A stretch of DNA of 64,000 bases, taken from positions 42,718,001-42,782,000 of the forward strand of contig OZ024743.1 in NCBI GenBank assembly GCA_964016885.1. The letters run 5' to 3'. Position numbers and translations under genes: made by a program. Each line of letters opens with the position of its first letter. Position 1 is the first letter of the stretch. This stretch comes from Eledone cirrhosa. Taxonomy: Eukaryota. The notes beneath the pieces were generated by a model, which had not been told where the DNA came from, made no database searches, and was given only the letters and a program-made list of their open reading frames with translations. Of this stretch, positions 38,545 to 52,654 are shown in pieces.

Positions 38545-40175
38545 TCTCTATATATAAAACTGAGGTTGTCTGTCTGTCTGTCTGTCTACTAAAACGGTCG
38601 GCACACATCCTCTCTTAAACCGTACGTTCAAATTTCGGTGAAATTGCTACACTTATAGATGAAGGTCCGGCCGAGACATCGGTCAAAAACTTTTCAAATC
38701 GACTCACGCCAAGTGCAAAAATCGAATTTGTAATGTATTGATTTTTCAGTTCAAATGTATAAATAGAGATGAGAGACGAGTTATTTCCCTTTTATGGCGT
38801 CATTTGTTTATCTATTTACGTTACGAACAAACACGCGTACAAAAATACGCGAACAGTTTTCGGGCCAGCAAAATTTTAACCTGCAAAATTCATGAGTTCG
38901 AAGTTTCAACATTAAGCTTCCATTTTGCTTCATTTCCATTAAAAAATATTTAAAAACAATATTTCAGCACATCAGCCTCGCCATTACCCGAGGAAACGCT
39001 GCGAGTGTGCTGGCTTGCCTCAAAAATCATTAGAGAGGTTGCCCAGTACTCGCGACGTTGCTGTCTTTTGCTCTGGTGTTGGCTCCGTTGTTCACTCCTT
39101 CCTTTGCATTTTCTTTAATATTGAAGCATTGAAGGAATATATCCTTCATTGTATCATCCTTTGTAGTGTTACCGAGGCATTTGTAATGTTATTTATGTAT
39201 ATATTTAAAATATATTTGTTATGTTATTCTACTGTAAATTTATTTATATGCTCTGTTTATATTTTCATTCTTACTACCCTAAAAAATCTATGAAACTACA
39301 TACATGTTGCAACTCTCTCTCTCTATATATATATATATCACACACACACATATACATATACATCTAAAGAGCGAAAGGGAGATGTAGAGAGAGTGAGTGA
39401 GATAGGTCGTTATACAGAGACGGGTACAAGATAATCAGATAGAGAGACAGAGAGAGAGAGAGAGAGAATGGCGACGAACGCTGGTTCACACACACAAATA
39501 TATATAAAGAGAGAGAGAGAGGAGAGAGAGAGAGGTCTCCGTGTTCTTTATTGTTCCTCATTCTGTAGAGGAAGAGAGAGAGAGAGAGAGAGGGGGTATG
39601 AGAAAAAAGGGAGAGGGGTTGAGCAAGAAAGAAAGTTTAAGCAAAGAATCGCTGCTTTCAACATTAACGGGATCTTCTTAAACTAATAAATTCAATCTGT
39701 GAACGCAGAATTAAATATTTCGAGAAATGTTGCAACCGAAGGAAAACAGGAAGACGATATTTTGGTCCGTGGAGACGTTCCCCGGTAATGAACGGAAAAA
39801 AAGCGATCATAATACTTTTGGGCACTTTCATTTTCCAGATATTGTTTATAGGGCCTCCCGGCAGATAACCCCCTTTAACCATTTCTTGGAGTCGACTGAA
39901 GCACTGCAGTGTAATGCAACAAAACGTCATAACTCTGGAGATTGCAACCGATTTTCACAACACTTGACACATGGGCTACGTTTGTTCTACTGATGACTGT
40001 GAACTCTCAGAATTGGCACATATTGAGTAGGGGGCCCCTAGGGGCAGGCACTCCCTTTTGGAAAAAGCCGATGATTTTGTAAAAGTATAGTTTTCCAAGC
40101 AGCACTGAAGTATTGACATAAATGGTATACATAACGGCTATTTAATACCCGGGCAACGCCGGGTACCTCTCCTCG
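38545..40175 (+). mobile_element. Non-autonomous Helitron, same family as 15063, with different internal content
   Basis: A|TC 5' end; 3' hairpin ACCCGGGCAACGCCGGGT then CTCG|T (mutated CTAG); contains a family B fragment at 39633-39820. Confidence 0.75.
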
Positions 40176-40229
40176 TATATGATAATGGGAGTTGTTAATG
40201 CACATGATGACACTCACTATTTGATATGG

Positions 40230-40560
40230 TGAGTTCAACACCATCACGGTGACGTCGCCCACATATGCTCAAGCGGGATGCCTTACTACAGCTCTATCTT
40301 CTGAGGAAATGGTTCGAGATTCAACAAATATAGAAAGTAGAGAGAAGACATCCATGATGGTCCGAACGCCTGATGTGAAACGGTTGCGATAGGTGGCCAT
40401 GTTCTCTGTCAACCGGGTAGATGCCACTGGGCATTTCTGGGATTCAGCATCTGAATATGGGACCGAAGCCAGCTGCCTTGAGGACAGCTTCCATGTATCG
40501 ATGATCGACCCTATCAAAAGCTTTCAATTGATCTAAATTGCTCGGAGCCCCAGCGACGTC
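40230..40560 (-). mobile_element. Degenerate L1/Tx1-like RT fragment
   Basis: PFHIRRSDHHGC (cf. RSVRQGCP) and AYVGDVTVMV (cf. YADD). Confidence 0.5.
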
Positions 40561-40834
40561 AAGTTTACTCACTACCATATCTATGATGGATTACTTGAGT
40601 ATGAGGTTGTTGAGGTCAATTTTGATTTGATTTAAATTCCATTATCAAATGTATTCGAATACACTCTATATGTTGCACATTGGTGTTGCGTACGTAAGGA
40701 AAATTTATATATGCTGTATCTTCCCTCCGATACGTTGTGGATAAAGATCCTTGTTGAAATGTCTCTGGTACGAAGAATTTTTATATTATGTTTTAACAAT
40801 AATTGTAATGTTATGTTTCATAGCTGGTTCTCAT

Positions 40835-42027
40835 AGCCCTCCCAACACCCGAGTTCCTATCCCTCTCACCTACCACCCCACCACCCTATCACTCCGGCGA
40901 CATATCCTCCGTTCCTTCCACATCCTTTCTTCTGACACCGTCACTTCTCGCTTTTTTCCAAACCCACCTGTTACTGCTTTTAAACGCGCCCGCAACCTCC
41001 TTGTCCACCCGGCTCTCATCCTTGTTCTCGTCTCCGCTGTAACGCTTGTCCCTTCCTTTTCACTCTCACCACTCTCACCGACCCTAGCGGGTCTTTCCAT
41101 ATCCGCCACCCTTTCACCTGTACATCGACACCCACGTTGTCTATGCCCTCTGGTGTTCCCTTTGCGGGTCTTTATACACCGGACAAACGGACCGTTTTGC
41201 TGAGTATTTGAGGAACATACGACTCGGTTTGGATATTCCTGTCATCCGTCATTTCTGTTCTCCTCGTCATTCTTCCCTACATGTTTCAGTCCCGAGTGTC
41301 CTTCTACATCGTGGATCACAGGTTTCGCGCACCAGGACTGCACAGAGTCTAATTCAACGCCTTGGGTCCTATTCCCCTCTTGGACTCAATTTCTTTAATA
41401 CCCTGTCCATTAGCATACGCGCTTGTACATTCACCCTTAGATTCCTATCGCTCTCTCATGATCATTAAGATCTTCTCTTACAACTAATACAGACCGACTA
41501 AATATGGTCACTCCACTTTTCCCTCCACTGCACCCTTATATTAACATACTTTTGCTCATAGCTTCGTACTTACACACACACACACTCTTTTACTTACATA
41601 CACACACACACACATTTCTTCTTAGCTTCACACGGATGTATACTAACACACACACAAATACACACACAGACACACACAAGCTTACGCACGTGCTCAAGTA
41701 TAGCTCTTTTTACAAAACGGTTTTTTTCCATTTCAGGTAGACGCGCACCATCATCTACTTTTCTAAAAAAATAAATCACACACAAAACGCCAGCACCAAC
41801 AGTTTTCCAAGAGATGTTAACATGAATGATCCTGTTATTTTTAACTAAAGACATTTTTTCCAATCCCAATCCGCCTGTCCGCTCAATCTATCTTATTTCT
41901 CATTCTTTCTTCTGATGAAAGACTAGCGTCCGAAACGTTTAGACCCTCTTCCTGCTATTTCAAGCGTTAACCTAATATATTCCTTCCATATACTGTACCG
42001 ATTGTGTTGTTATTTCTGTTTACCTTT

Positions 42028-42030
<3 letters not shown>
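40835..42030 (+). mobile_element. Degenerate PLE 3' half (Neptune-like)
   Basis: RVPIPLTYHP...PPVTAFKRARNL; FTCTS.HVVYALWCSLCGSLYTGQT; hammerhead at 41907-41944. Confidence 0.8.
41907..41944 (+). ncRNA. Minimal PLE hammerhead motif
   Basis: TCTT CTGATGA AAGACTAGCGTCC GAAA CG TT TAGA. Confidence 0.75.
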
Positions 42031-42065
<35 letters not shown>

Positions 42066-42451
42066 GTATATATATATAAACACTACACATTAGTTGTGTT
42101 TTATGTGAGAATTAATTACCTAAATTTCGTTCTTCGTCATTTAATTACAACTGACATTTCTTTTATACCTATAGCCTTTCTTAATCCAAGTTATTGTCAA
42201 GGGACTGTGTTTAATGCATATTTCATTGCTATCATTCATATATTTATGTAACGTTTTTGTGTTTTAATTCTCCCATAAAATTAAGAGTGTCCAGAATAAT
42301 TATTCTTGAATGTTTCATTGTGTTATCATATAACGCCTTTTAAAATGAACACTATAAATGTTCTATGATTCTCCGGAGACCAAGTACACCATTCTGACTC
42401 AATAGATATTTCAATATAATGAGCGTTCAATTAAATGAATTTGGCATTCAA

Positions 42452-42645
42452 AATAATTGTTTCTACTTTTGGCACAAGGCCAGCAATTACCCAGTACATT
42501 ACTGGTACTTTATTTTTTCGACCCCGTAATGATGAAAGGCAAAGTTAACCTCGGCGGGATTTGAACTCAGAATGGCAAGGGCCATAATTCTATGCGTCAA
42601 AGCATGGCGTCCGACCCTCTACCGATACTGCCAATTTACCACCCT
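42452..42645 (-). mobile_element. SINE copy with 19 bp target-site duplication
   Basis: ATTTGGCATTCAAAATAAT on both sides. Confidence 0.92.
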
Positions 42646-43587
42646 ATTTGGCATTCAAAATAATGAATAAACATCAGGTTACAAACGTATATTGAGCATA
42701 TACTGTTGCAGTGTTCATATAGCAATATTCAATCCACTCAACTAGATATCCGTAACAAGATTTATACGTGCTTACCTGCAGTTATCTATCGATATTAGAT
42801 ATTGATCAATTCAGATATTAATATACAGTGCATTGAAAATTTCATTGCAAGCTGTTATCCGTGTGAATAGTTCTACCCCTCCAACAATATGTTCTGAGGT
42901 CAAGCATTTGAATTATCCAAATACATAAGGGACAATCTAAAATACTGGTTCGTTAATCATAGTTTATATATTATCATATATCAACGTTCAGAATATTTAT
43001 CTCGTAAATACAAATAAACGTCACTACGCATTTTAACATTGAGAATTGATCATTCTGAAAAATGTGAGTGGGTTTCGCTGATATTTGGCCATTTCTGCGA
43101 TTATATAATCGATAGGACGACGACAGCAGATTATTTACGAACACTAGTCAAAGGAAATATGAAAGAAAGATATATATTTATCTTCTTTACTGTGCTTGAT
43201 TATAGTTAATACTAACCGCATTGCAGTGGCCAAGTTCTGATCGATATATAATCCCTAGATTGAAACAGAGATCGATAAGTACAATTCATATATGTTTGCC
43301 TTTCATGTGTACTGGCAAATGATTGAAAACATATGGAATTGTTGCCAAATCCGGTGTATTTTGAACAGAGAGACCTCTGTAATTATATAATGTTTGCAAG
43401 AAAATATAAAACTTAATATAATCTTGAAGAACCGGTCGCCATTAGAATATCTATTTTAGAGTTTAATCCGCTGCTATATATGTTCTATCACTACCGTTCA
43501 CTCGGCGACTCTGTAAGCAGCGTTAAAGATGTTTACAAGCGTTAGCAAAATATTTTGTTCTCATATATTAGCGTATATTTCTACATT

Positions 43588-43885
43588 AGTGGAATTGGAG
43601 TCGTTAGAGCGTCAGATTAAATGATATATGATGCTTGACCGAGGAAACTGCTCTGTGAGTTCAAATTCCACCGAGTTCAACTTTGCCTTTTAATATTTCG
43701 TGGTCGAGAAATAATCTCCCCACACACATACACTCTAATATACACAAAAACGTTTGCCTTTTGTCTAAATTAGAAACAATTTTATTAGTAGTCGAATTGG
43801 CAGAATCGCTCTAACTTTTGAGTGTGTTCTGTCTGTCTGCTCTCAGATTTCATATATCAGTGAGGATAACTTTGGCTTTTGGTCT
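43588..43885 (+). mobile_element. Old diverged SINE copies
   Basis: GAGTTCAAATTCCACCGAGTTCAACTTTGCCTTT...TAGAAACAATT, then a second partial copy; further diverged minus-strand copies at ~44650-44800 and ~45000-45150. Confidence 0.65.
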
Positions 43886-44925
43886 ATGAATACATTATTA
43901 GTTAAGAGGGGCTGTATTGTTAAAATGTGTCAGAATATTTTACAGTATCTTAAACAGCTTCGTGCTTTCCGAGGAAAAATCTCAGCTTCGTCTACAGGAG
44001 ATGTAACCAGTGGCCTGATCTATCAGTTTCTTTCGTTTCCGGAAACCAGTTCGTTGGAAAATCTAATTCAGAGCTGTTGCTGACATTTATATTTTTTTAA
44101 GTTGAGTAGATAGAACAATGGGAGATGAAATGACTTGCTTAAGAATACAACACGTAGTCCGATCCATGGACAACTTAATGTTCGCAAGACGAAAACACTA
44201 ACCACCAAGTCAGGTAATTTGATATAACTAAAACGAATACCGGCTCCTTTACTTTCTTGTTTACTATATTTGTAAGCTTAAAGGAGTTTCTAATTTTATA
44301 TATTACGAGCATAAGTTCGTATTGCGAAGATAAAGGTAACATAAGAACGATTATGTTCTATGTGTGTGTGCCTTTAAATATCTATACATTATGCCCCATG
44401 ACGCAACTTCCACCGATTTCCAATACCATATAATGTTTTGAAAATAATGGTGTTAAAGTTATATATATTGAATGGTGTTAAAGTTATATATATTGAAAAT
44501 GAATTAAATATTCATGATTTTACACATATATGGTGAATAAGAACTTCATGGATATTGCCAAAAGAAAAATACGTCAATTCTTAGATTTAAATTCTAGTAT
44601 TTCTTTCTAAAACAGACACCAGGGAAACGTGCGTCAATTATATTGTAATCGGTACTTAACTGGAACGTTTAACTTGTCGTGTCTGGGAGGATGAAAGGTA
44701 CTTTTGACCTTAGGGAGATTTGAAATCAGCAGAAGTATAGTGATAACTAAAGACTGTAAACATTTCATCTGCTGCTCTACTGATAATGCGAAACCAACGC
44801 CATATTTACTTGAAGGAAACGTAGGCGTGGTGGGTTAATATACACCGTTTCTGGGTCACGTTTTAAACCTGGTGGAGTGCATCCCTTCTCCAGGTCTAAA
44901 CAAAGCCGATTTCTTCTATAGAAGC

Positions 44926-44972
<47 letters not shown>

Positions 44973-45329
44973 GGCAGAGAATGAGATATAAAAGCTGAAT
45001 CGACCTAGTACAGGACTACTGCCTTTTATATAGACCCCGAAATGATGAAAGGAAAGTTGACTTCGGTGGAAGTTGAAATCAGAACACAGACAACTGAAAC
45101 GAATATCGCAAATCAGTCAATTCAACGTTCTAATGACTCAGCCAATTAACTGGTTTTACTTGTTAAGTATAAAAATAATGTAATCGTTATTGGCCACAAA
45201 GTCAGAAATATGGAGGACAATTCAAAAGACAGTGACAGTGGAGATTTACAAAACATGAAAGGGTGTAAATAAATAAAACAGGTAACAATAAACAATAAAT
45301 TAATAACAAATTAAAATTCCCAATAGAAG

Positions 45330-45960
45330 AGAGCACCAGACAAGGGAAACATATGAACACCACAGACCCTAAATCACTTTAATTTCCAAGAGCAGCATAG
45401 ACACGTGCCTCTCTCCTCTCGAATCTCTCTAGCTTACAGGTACTTGGTCAGAATAAGCCATACCCTTTAGGCCATTCTCGCTACATTCACCCGCATTTAA
45501 ACAAATATAATGGGGTGGGAGCAACACATCCCTCTCCATCCTACCCTTCCTTTCCAAGTGGAACGTGAATAGGTTGATGAGGGCATAGCCGAAGGGTAAC
45601 GTGTTTGTCTTCAATCCTTTCAGCCGCAATCAATACACAACCTATTTCACTAGAGCCACCAGACAGATAGAAATTGATTGAAATTCTGGTCAAAAGAAGG
45701 CGGTGTGGCGAAGTTCATGATGGTGACGTCCGATAGCCGGAGCAGACCTAGACACGATACTATCTGTTTGACAAAATCACACAAGTCAACAATGCTCGGC
45801 TACTTGCCGAGTGCGTGAAGAACGGTTATATTACCCTGCGTGCATCTCAGACAGATCCATCTGACAGCATTTCCATGTCTGTTGCGTTTGTCTCCAGCTG
45901 GCTGTGCTTCGTGGTAGCAATGCTAAGCCAGGGGCTTCTGAAAATTGTCCATATTCCCCT
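45330..45960 (-). mobile_element. Degenerate L1/Tx1-like LINE 3' fragment
   Basis: Homologous to 46300-46950. Confidence 0.6.
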
Positions 45961-46024
45961 GTTTGAAATTTCGAGTGATAATAAGATCATCGGAGTGCAA
46001 ACAAATAAATGATAATAATAATAA

Positions 46025-46175
46025 TGATTTCTAGTATTGGCACAAGGCCAGTAATTTCAGGGAAGTAGAAAGTAGATTAAATCGACCCTAGTGCGTTACT
46101 GGTGCTTTATTTTATCCACTCCGTAAGGATGAAAGGCAAAGTTAACCTCGGCGGGATTTGAATTCAGAACATAAA
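46025..46175 (-). mobile_element. SINE copy
   Basis: Matches the SINE core; (ATT)n tail. Confidence 0.8.
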
Positions 46176-46249
46176 GGGACAATAATGATTGTATCGAACA
46201 TAGAAGGCAATATAAAGACTGGCAGTGGGGTTTGATATAAGGTCGGGTT

Positions 46250-47715
46250 ACAAAATCGATTAACAAAAATTATAAATAACAGATTCGCCAATATGGTGAT
46301 AACCACCCAAGAGCGACTCAGATACACCACCAATCCTGAACCACACGGTGCTTCGAGAGTACCGGGCAGGGCAATCCTCTACTGTTTAATATGGCCAGCC
46401 TACAGGCACACGGCCAGTGTAGGCCCATTCACGTGGGCCATTCTCGATACATTCACTCACAATTTAAGAAATGTACGGGAGGAGGATTCACTTCTCTCTC
46501 CACCCTCCTTCCTTTCCAAGTGAAAATTGAAAAAGTTGATGAGGGATTAGCCCAATAGAAAAGTGTTTGTCTTCAGTGATTTCAGCATCATCAACCACAT
46601 ATCTACTTTCACTACCGCCACCAGAGAGAGAGGGAAGCTACCTGCCCTCTCCAGAAGAAGGCGGAGTGGTGATAATCACTATGGACTCGTTCGTAAGCTG
46701 GATCGGGGCTTCATCCGACAACAGCTGTTTGATATAACTACACGTCAGTAATGCATGGACACTGGACAGGTACGTGCAGAACGGTTTCGTTGCTCTGCGC
46801 GCATCTCGGGCTGGTCCATCTGACCCTACTTCCATACCTGTAGAGTATATCTCGAACTGGCAGTGCGCCCCGCCCCCGGTAGCACTGCTATGCGAGGGAA
46901 TTCTGGAAAGTATGCATAGTCCCAGCCTCGAACTGATGAGTTCAATTTCGTCTACGCCCAGTGACTCTCCAATATCTCTCAATAGAACTCTGAAGTGGAA
47001 TTTACAGTGATCGCATTGCCCACCTGGTGTAGGGTAGTGAGCACCTGGCAACATTCCAAATGTCAGCCACCATGTCTTGGTCTCTTCTTGACTCAGTTAA
47101 AAGAGACGAACTGCCTAAAAACCCGTCTCACAAACAGTGTCCACACCTGTTCACTGTTTACGAATATCTGAAGATGCAGTAGCTTCAGCACTTGTTAGTG
47201 TATCGTCATTTACAGCCTGCCTATCCATCCACATTGTCGGTGCTGACAGCAATGGGTCTTACCCCTTCCACAAAAGCAAAAGAGCAGACGTTCGATTTGG
47301 TTGAGTAAGAGCGGGAACAAAGCATGACGGTCTGGCGGTAGCAGATGATAGATGCGATGTACGCGTTCACCACCTCCACCCGACCGTCCAGGGATAGCTT
47401 CATCTCGTTCTATTTGTGGGTAAGAGTGGTCACTCTGATTGTCACCTCATCCAGTTCTTATCCACCTGGTGGTCCATTCCGAACCAGACCCCGAACACCT
47501 TCAACGCCGTTGAACAACATGGATTTGCCTCTGGAAATTCCATGCTGGAAACCCACCGACTTTTCCTGGTTCAATAATGCTCCCGTCAACCTTTTATATT
47601 GTCGTAGGATGACGTTGACAATGTCGATGACCAAGGTGCTCGACACTGTCCTGGTGATATTGTCTGAATATGCCGACACAGCCCGTCCACGTCCCGGTTC
47701 GAGTGGGATCCCTGG
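46250..47715 (-). mobile_element. Degenerate L1/Tx1-like LINE 3' half
   Basis: SAYSDNIT (cf. YADD), YKRLTGALLNQEKS, KLSLDGRVEVVN, and CCHC-like remnant RCA.SNETVLH..VQC. Confidence 0.75.
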
Positions 47716-47898
47716 AAACTATTGAAAGGCCAGTTTTAATCTTCTGTGCAGAAATTGTTATTAAATTACAGTCAGGGATTTGGGGTCAAGCTTCTTAATT
47801 TTGGTCGCTTGTTTGTGAATATAACCTTAGGGAAATATATTGTGAAGTGTTCTTTTCAGAACTCTACTGGGATTAACCCTTCAGTTATTTTGTATAAG

Positions 47899-48055
<157 letters not shown>

Positions 48056-48095
48056 TTCTCTCTCCCTTTATATATATATATATATTTCTCTCTCT

Positions 48096-48129
<34 letters not shown>

Positions 48130-48484
48130 TACCGCCTCTGTTGGTCAAAATTAGCAGAGAGCGAAAGAGAGCCTCGGACAGAAATATGAACTTTTCTCTC
48201 TAAATATGTATGTAAAAACTAATAATTTTTTATCTCCATTTTATTATTATTCGTATGAATATGCAATGTAACTGCACTTTACATTTCCGTCATTGAAAAA
48301 GTATATAATGCTGAAACCATGATTAAATGCTGAAATCCCCACTTTATAAATAAATGATTTGATATTATACTGAAAAAATCCCTCCAGCATTTTCTACTAT
48401 ATTTTTTCCTTTTTACTATTTGTTTATGTATATAGATATACCCCCCCCCCCCCCATATATATATATATATATATATATATATCG

Positions 48485-49150
48485 TTTCTGACTTTGTTTA
48501 GCAAGATTCTTTATCTGAAAACGTCTGTTGAAACCGATATTGTTATACTTTGGGAGCCTCATGTTGCCAATAAGAAACACACGCACCAGATGGTTTCACT
48601 TCAATTTATTATAATAAGTTTATAAATTTAGGAATCTATAAATTTCCGGTTGGTTGGTTGGTTCCACAACCAGATGGTTGTTTATATATTGTCAAAGTTC
48701 TTTCGTTACACATTCTGTGACCTTTTCAGTGACTGGGGATTCTTTTCTTTGTTTTTTGTGTTTTGTGTGCCTCTCCTTTGTTCTGTCCTACGCCATCTTG
48801 TGTTTGTGTGTGTGTCGTGTGCTTAGTTTGCGCATGTGTTACATCCGGGTGTCTGTGTGTGTTTATATTCGTTTATTTATTTGTTTATTTACATGTTACT
48901 GGTTGGTTGTTTGTTCTATGTTCGTGTGTGTTTTCATTTTGTCCTTAATTGTAAGTTGTGATGTTGCTGTCCCCACTCATGTTTTCTATTTAATTTTGGT
49001 TGTAATTCATTTATGTTTATTGCCTCTGATTTGTCTAAACATTGCGTCTTTTCTGTGTGTAGATTCTATTTTTATTTCTATGTTCTCTAATTTACCCTTA
49101 TGTTCTATTTTAGCATGTTGTACTAGACACAGAGCTCTGGTTAGATACCA
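48485..49150 (-). mobile_element. PLE 3' end related to family D
   Basis: GAAACCGATATTGTTATACTT junction motif; hammerhead-like GTCA CTGAAAA..GAAA GAAC TT TGAC at 48691-48733; related palindromic copy at ~54590-54870. Confidence 0.6.
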
Positions 49151-50818
49151 TTAATAACAAAAAACAAATCCCCCATTCCCATTATGCCAAACCCATGACT
49201 TCCAAATATCTGATCCACCGAATTCGACGAACACGCGACTCTTTACAACCAGGCCCTCAAGCGGAGTGGCTTCCGGGAGGAAATATCCTTTTATCCAGCT
49301 TCCCTTAGCGGAACTAGCAGGCGGACACCGCCGCTCACGCAACGTAACGTGGTTCAATCCTCTCCACAATGCCGAGGTGGCAACACCTATCGGGAAAATG
49401 TTCTTTAGACTCCTCGAAAAACACTTCCCACTACAACCCGCTACCCACAACATAATCAACAAAAACCATCAAACTCTCCTACCGTACCACACCTAACTTC
49501 GCACAAAACATCGTCTCCTCAAACAACAAAAAACTCAACCCCTATGGAAGAAATAACCTGGATATCAGTGGAGAGCCGACCAGGAGGTGTAACTGCCCTG
49601 ATAGATCCATGTGCCCCCTCAACAACAAATGCCGAGAACGTAAACGTGATCTACCAGGGACGTGAGGACGGACACCTCCAACAAAGCTTATATAGGATTA
49701 ACCCGCGTGTGAGTTCAAGACCCGGCTCTACCACACGACACACTTTCCGAAACACGGTTCGGCGACATGCCACTACACTTTCGGGCCACATCTGGGACCT
49801 CCAAGATAACAATATAACCTACAATCTCACTTGGAGCTTACTGTCCAGAGCTAACTCTTACACGGGAGGACGCCGTCCGTGTAACTTATGCTCGGAGGAA
49901 GCATTATAAATGCTGTTTTCGAAGGACCAACTCCTAAATAAGAAAGATGAACTGGCAACCGCATGCAAACACAGATTGCGTAGGACTGACCCCCGCCCTC
50001 AAACCCTATAACGACCCAGGTGATTAGACAAGGGCTGATACCCCCACCCCACACACACACACTTGCCAAATAAGTTAAGGAAACCCCAGCTTACATAGGT
50101 AAATGTATCTCTTTTCTTTTCCTCTGTGTCTCCTTCTTCCTCCTGTCTCATCCTATCACTTCCTTCCATCCCCTATTTTCTTCCTCATCTGCTTTCCCCT
50201 TTCGCCTACCCCGATGCAGCCCATCGGGCCTTGTAGCATCAGTTGCCCCACCTCTGTTATTTTAAGATAGAATTGGCCGAATACGTTTTACTAACTACTT
50301 ATTGCATATGCGTTAAAAAACCCTTTAAGTTTGTATCTGTTTTGTAATTTCTATAAGTTTTTTCTATAGTCAACTTATTACCTGTAATTGTAAAATAGCA
50401 TTGTGATTTCTTTATTAAATTTCTCACTATCTAATTTTATATATATATATATATTTTTTTATTTCTTTCTAGTATCTTTTATTGTCTCCTACTCTCTTTC
50501 GATTTACCTATTCTATAACCTACCTCACCCACTTCATACACTATCCTTAGAATCTGATGTATACATATCACTTTCAACGCTTGACCGCTCCACTCACTCC
50601 TCTATTGTTCTACAGGCAAGTTCAGCCACCCCTACTTCCTACCAAATGCCATGATAAACTTATTTGTGTTTACAACAAATTTTAACCAATCCTCTTGACA
50701 ACTACAAATCCTTCCCATATAAGGAAGTAACCCCCTTGAAAAGTTCGGCTATTTATTCACCAGGCTAAAAATTCTAATTTAGTCGAGAAATTGCCCTCTA
50801 AACGGCTTGATATCTGCC
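49150..50818 (+). mobile_element. Degenerate PLE 3' half (CxCx5C linker, GIY-YIG), parent type of family C
   Basis: NVTWFNP, CNCPDRSMCPLNNKC, TTLSGHIWDL, CNLCSEE; 3' end matches family C with TTGAAAA core at 50736. Confidence 0.85.
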
Positions 50819-51018
50819 NNNNNNNNNNNNNNNNNNNNNNNNNNNNNNNNNNNNNNNNNNNNNNNNNNNNNNNNNNNNNNNNNNNNNNNNNNNNNNNNNN
50901 NNNNNNNNNNNNNNNNNNNNNNNNNNNNNNNNNNNNNNNNNNNNNNNNNNNNNNNNNNNNNNNNNNNNNNNNNNNNNNNNNNNNNNNNNNNNNNNNNNNN
51001 NNNNNNNNNNNNNNNNNN
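50819..51018. other. Assembly gap (N run)
   Basis: 200 N bases. Confidence 1.
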
Positions 51019-52307
51019 GTGGTCGCGATAACCACAGATGTGGGTTCGACTCCCATGTACGTCAATACTTCACATCTTTTTCCATTTATCTGAGGGTTCT
51101 AAACCCCGTTATCAAGCTAAAATTCCTTTAGTTAAAAATACGGTGAAAGCTATATATTTTCTAATTTCAAACTCGCTCACTGTTTCAAAACATACTTACT
51201 TGCGATATATATATATATATCTATATCTATATATCTAGAGAGAGAGAGAGAGACTGAGAGAGAGATAAATGTAAATCTGAGCTTTTCGAAATTCGATTCG
51301 TTTGCAATTACGGAAACAGTCTCTTTAAACCATGTAAGTAGAATGTCTCCGTCATTCTTGTGTTGGCATATAAACAACAAGGCAGACTCTAATTTTCTGC
51401 GTGATTATTCTTCTTCAGTACTGTATACCGCTTACCTACCAACTGTCAGAGCTAGTGAAAATATATGATATTTTCTGGAATATACAGTGACTGATCGGTC
51501 TGATTTGCATATTAGCAGACTGGCTGATCAGTTAGATTTGCATATAACAGACCCACTGATCATCTAGATTTTCATATCAGCCGATATACCAGCCAGTTTC
51601 ATGTATACGAGCGATTAATGGCCGGCTTTTTCATAGTTAAATAACTAAGAAATAATTTTATCGCTCTATGCTATTCAAAGACTGAAACGTTGGTTGATCA
51701 AATAATCTACCGCCTTTAATAGTAAATAGACGTAAAGCACGCCATGACTAGTGTTCCTTAAAGTATTATCATTAAGTTCATCAAACAGAATGTCAATTTT
51801 ATAAAGACGAGAGACGGTTTAAATGTACACCCTCTATCTATTAAATATGAGCTCGGCACTATCCAATCTCATATCGAGAATGAAACAGATCCGTGTACAA
51901 TTCTCTCTGTCTTGGTGCATGCTCGCAAAAGCGTTTCCATATATAAGTGGATCTCTTTCGCGCGGACAAGATCTTTCCCGCACTGAAACTCTACATATTA
52001 CACCAGGTAATTAACAAATGATCTGACCTCTTTAATACTTGTATGCATACAATATATAAAACTTACATTATATTAGTTAGTTAGTATATTCCTTAGACAT
52101 TAACGTTCACCTACACTTTAACACAGTCACTAAACCTAAAAATTTCGATGTGTCATTGGAAAGTTATACTTGCATCTCTTTCTCTACTACTGTCATGTTC
52201 TGCAATATGTTCTTAAATATATATATATATATATAGTTTTAATATAGATGAGATTCTACAGGACTAGAACTGTTTCATTCATTACCTCCGATTCAACCCG
52301 GAATAAC

Positions 52308-52370
<63 letters not shown>

Positions 52371-52583
52371 CAATTTATTCGGACTAATTCTTTGACATAT
52401 ATGAACTGGAGCAACTGACTCCTTTGATAATTCGATACCTTAGCCTACCTAACATCCTAAGAATTTTATTGAAAGTAGTATGTAGCGCATTCTGCCTGCT
52501 TACAGAAATAGTCGTAATAGACAATTGCCAACATGCTCTGTATTCCTGTAGCATATCAAAAACAGAAACTTTATAACGTTGCA

Positions 52584-52654
52584 CCTGTCTGATGGGAACA
52601 CGCCAACGGTTTATTATGCAATCATTTTGATGACTTTGAAATACGTATAACAGG
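52584..52654 (+). ncRNA. Degenerate hammerhead motif
   Basis: CCTGT CTGATGG...GAAA T ACGT ATA ACAGG; stem I perfect, stem II poor. Confidence 0.6.
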
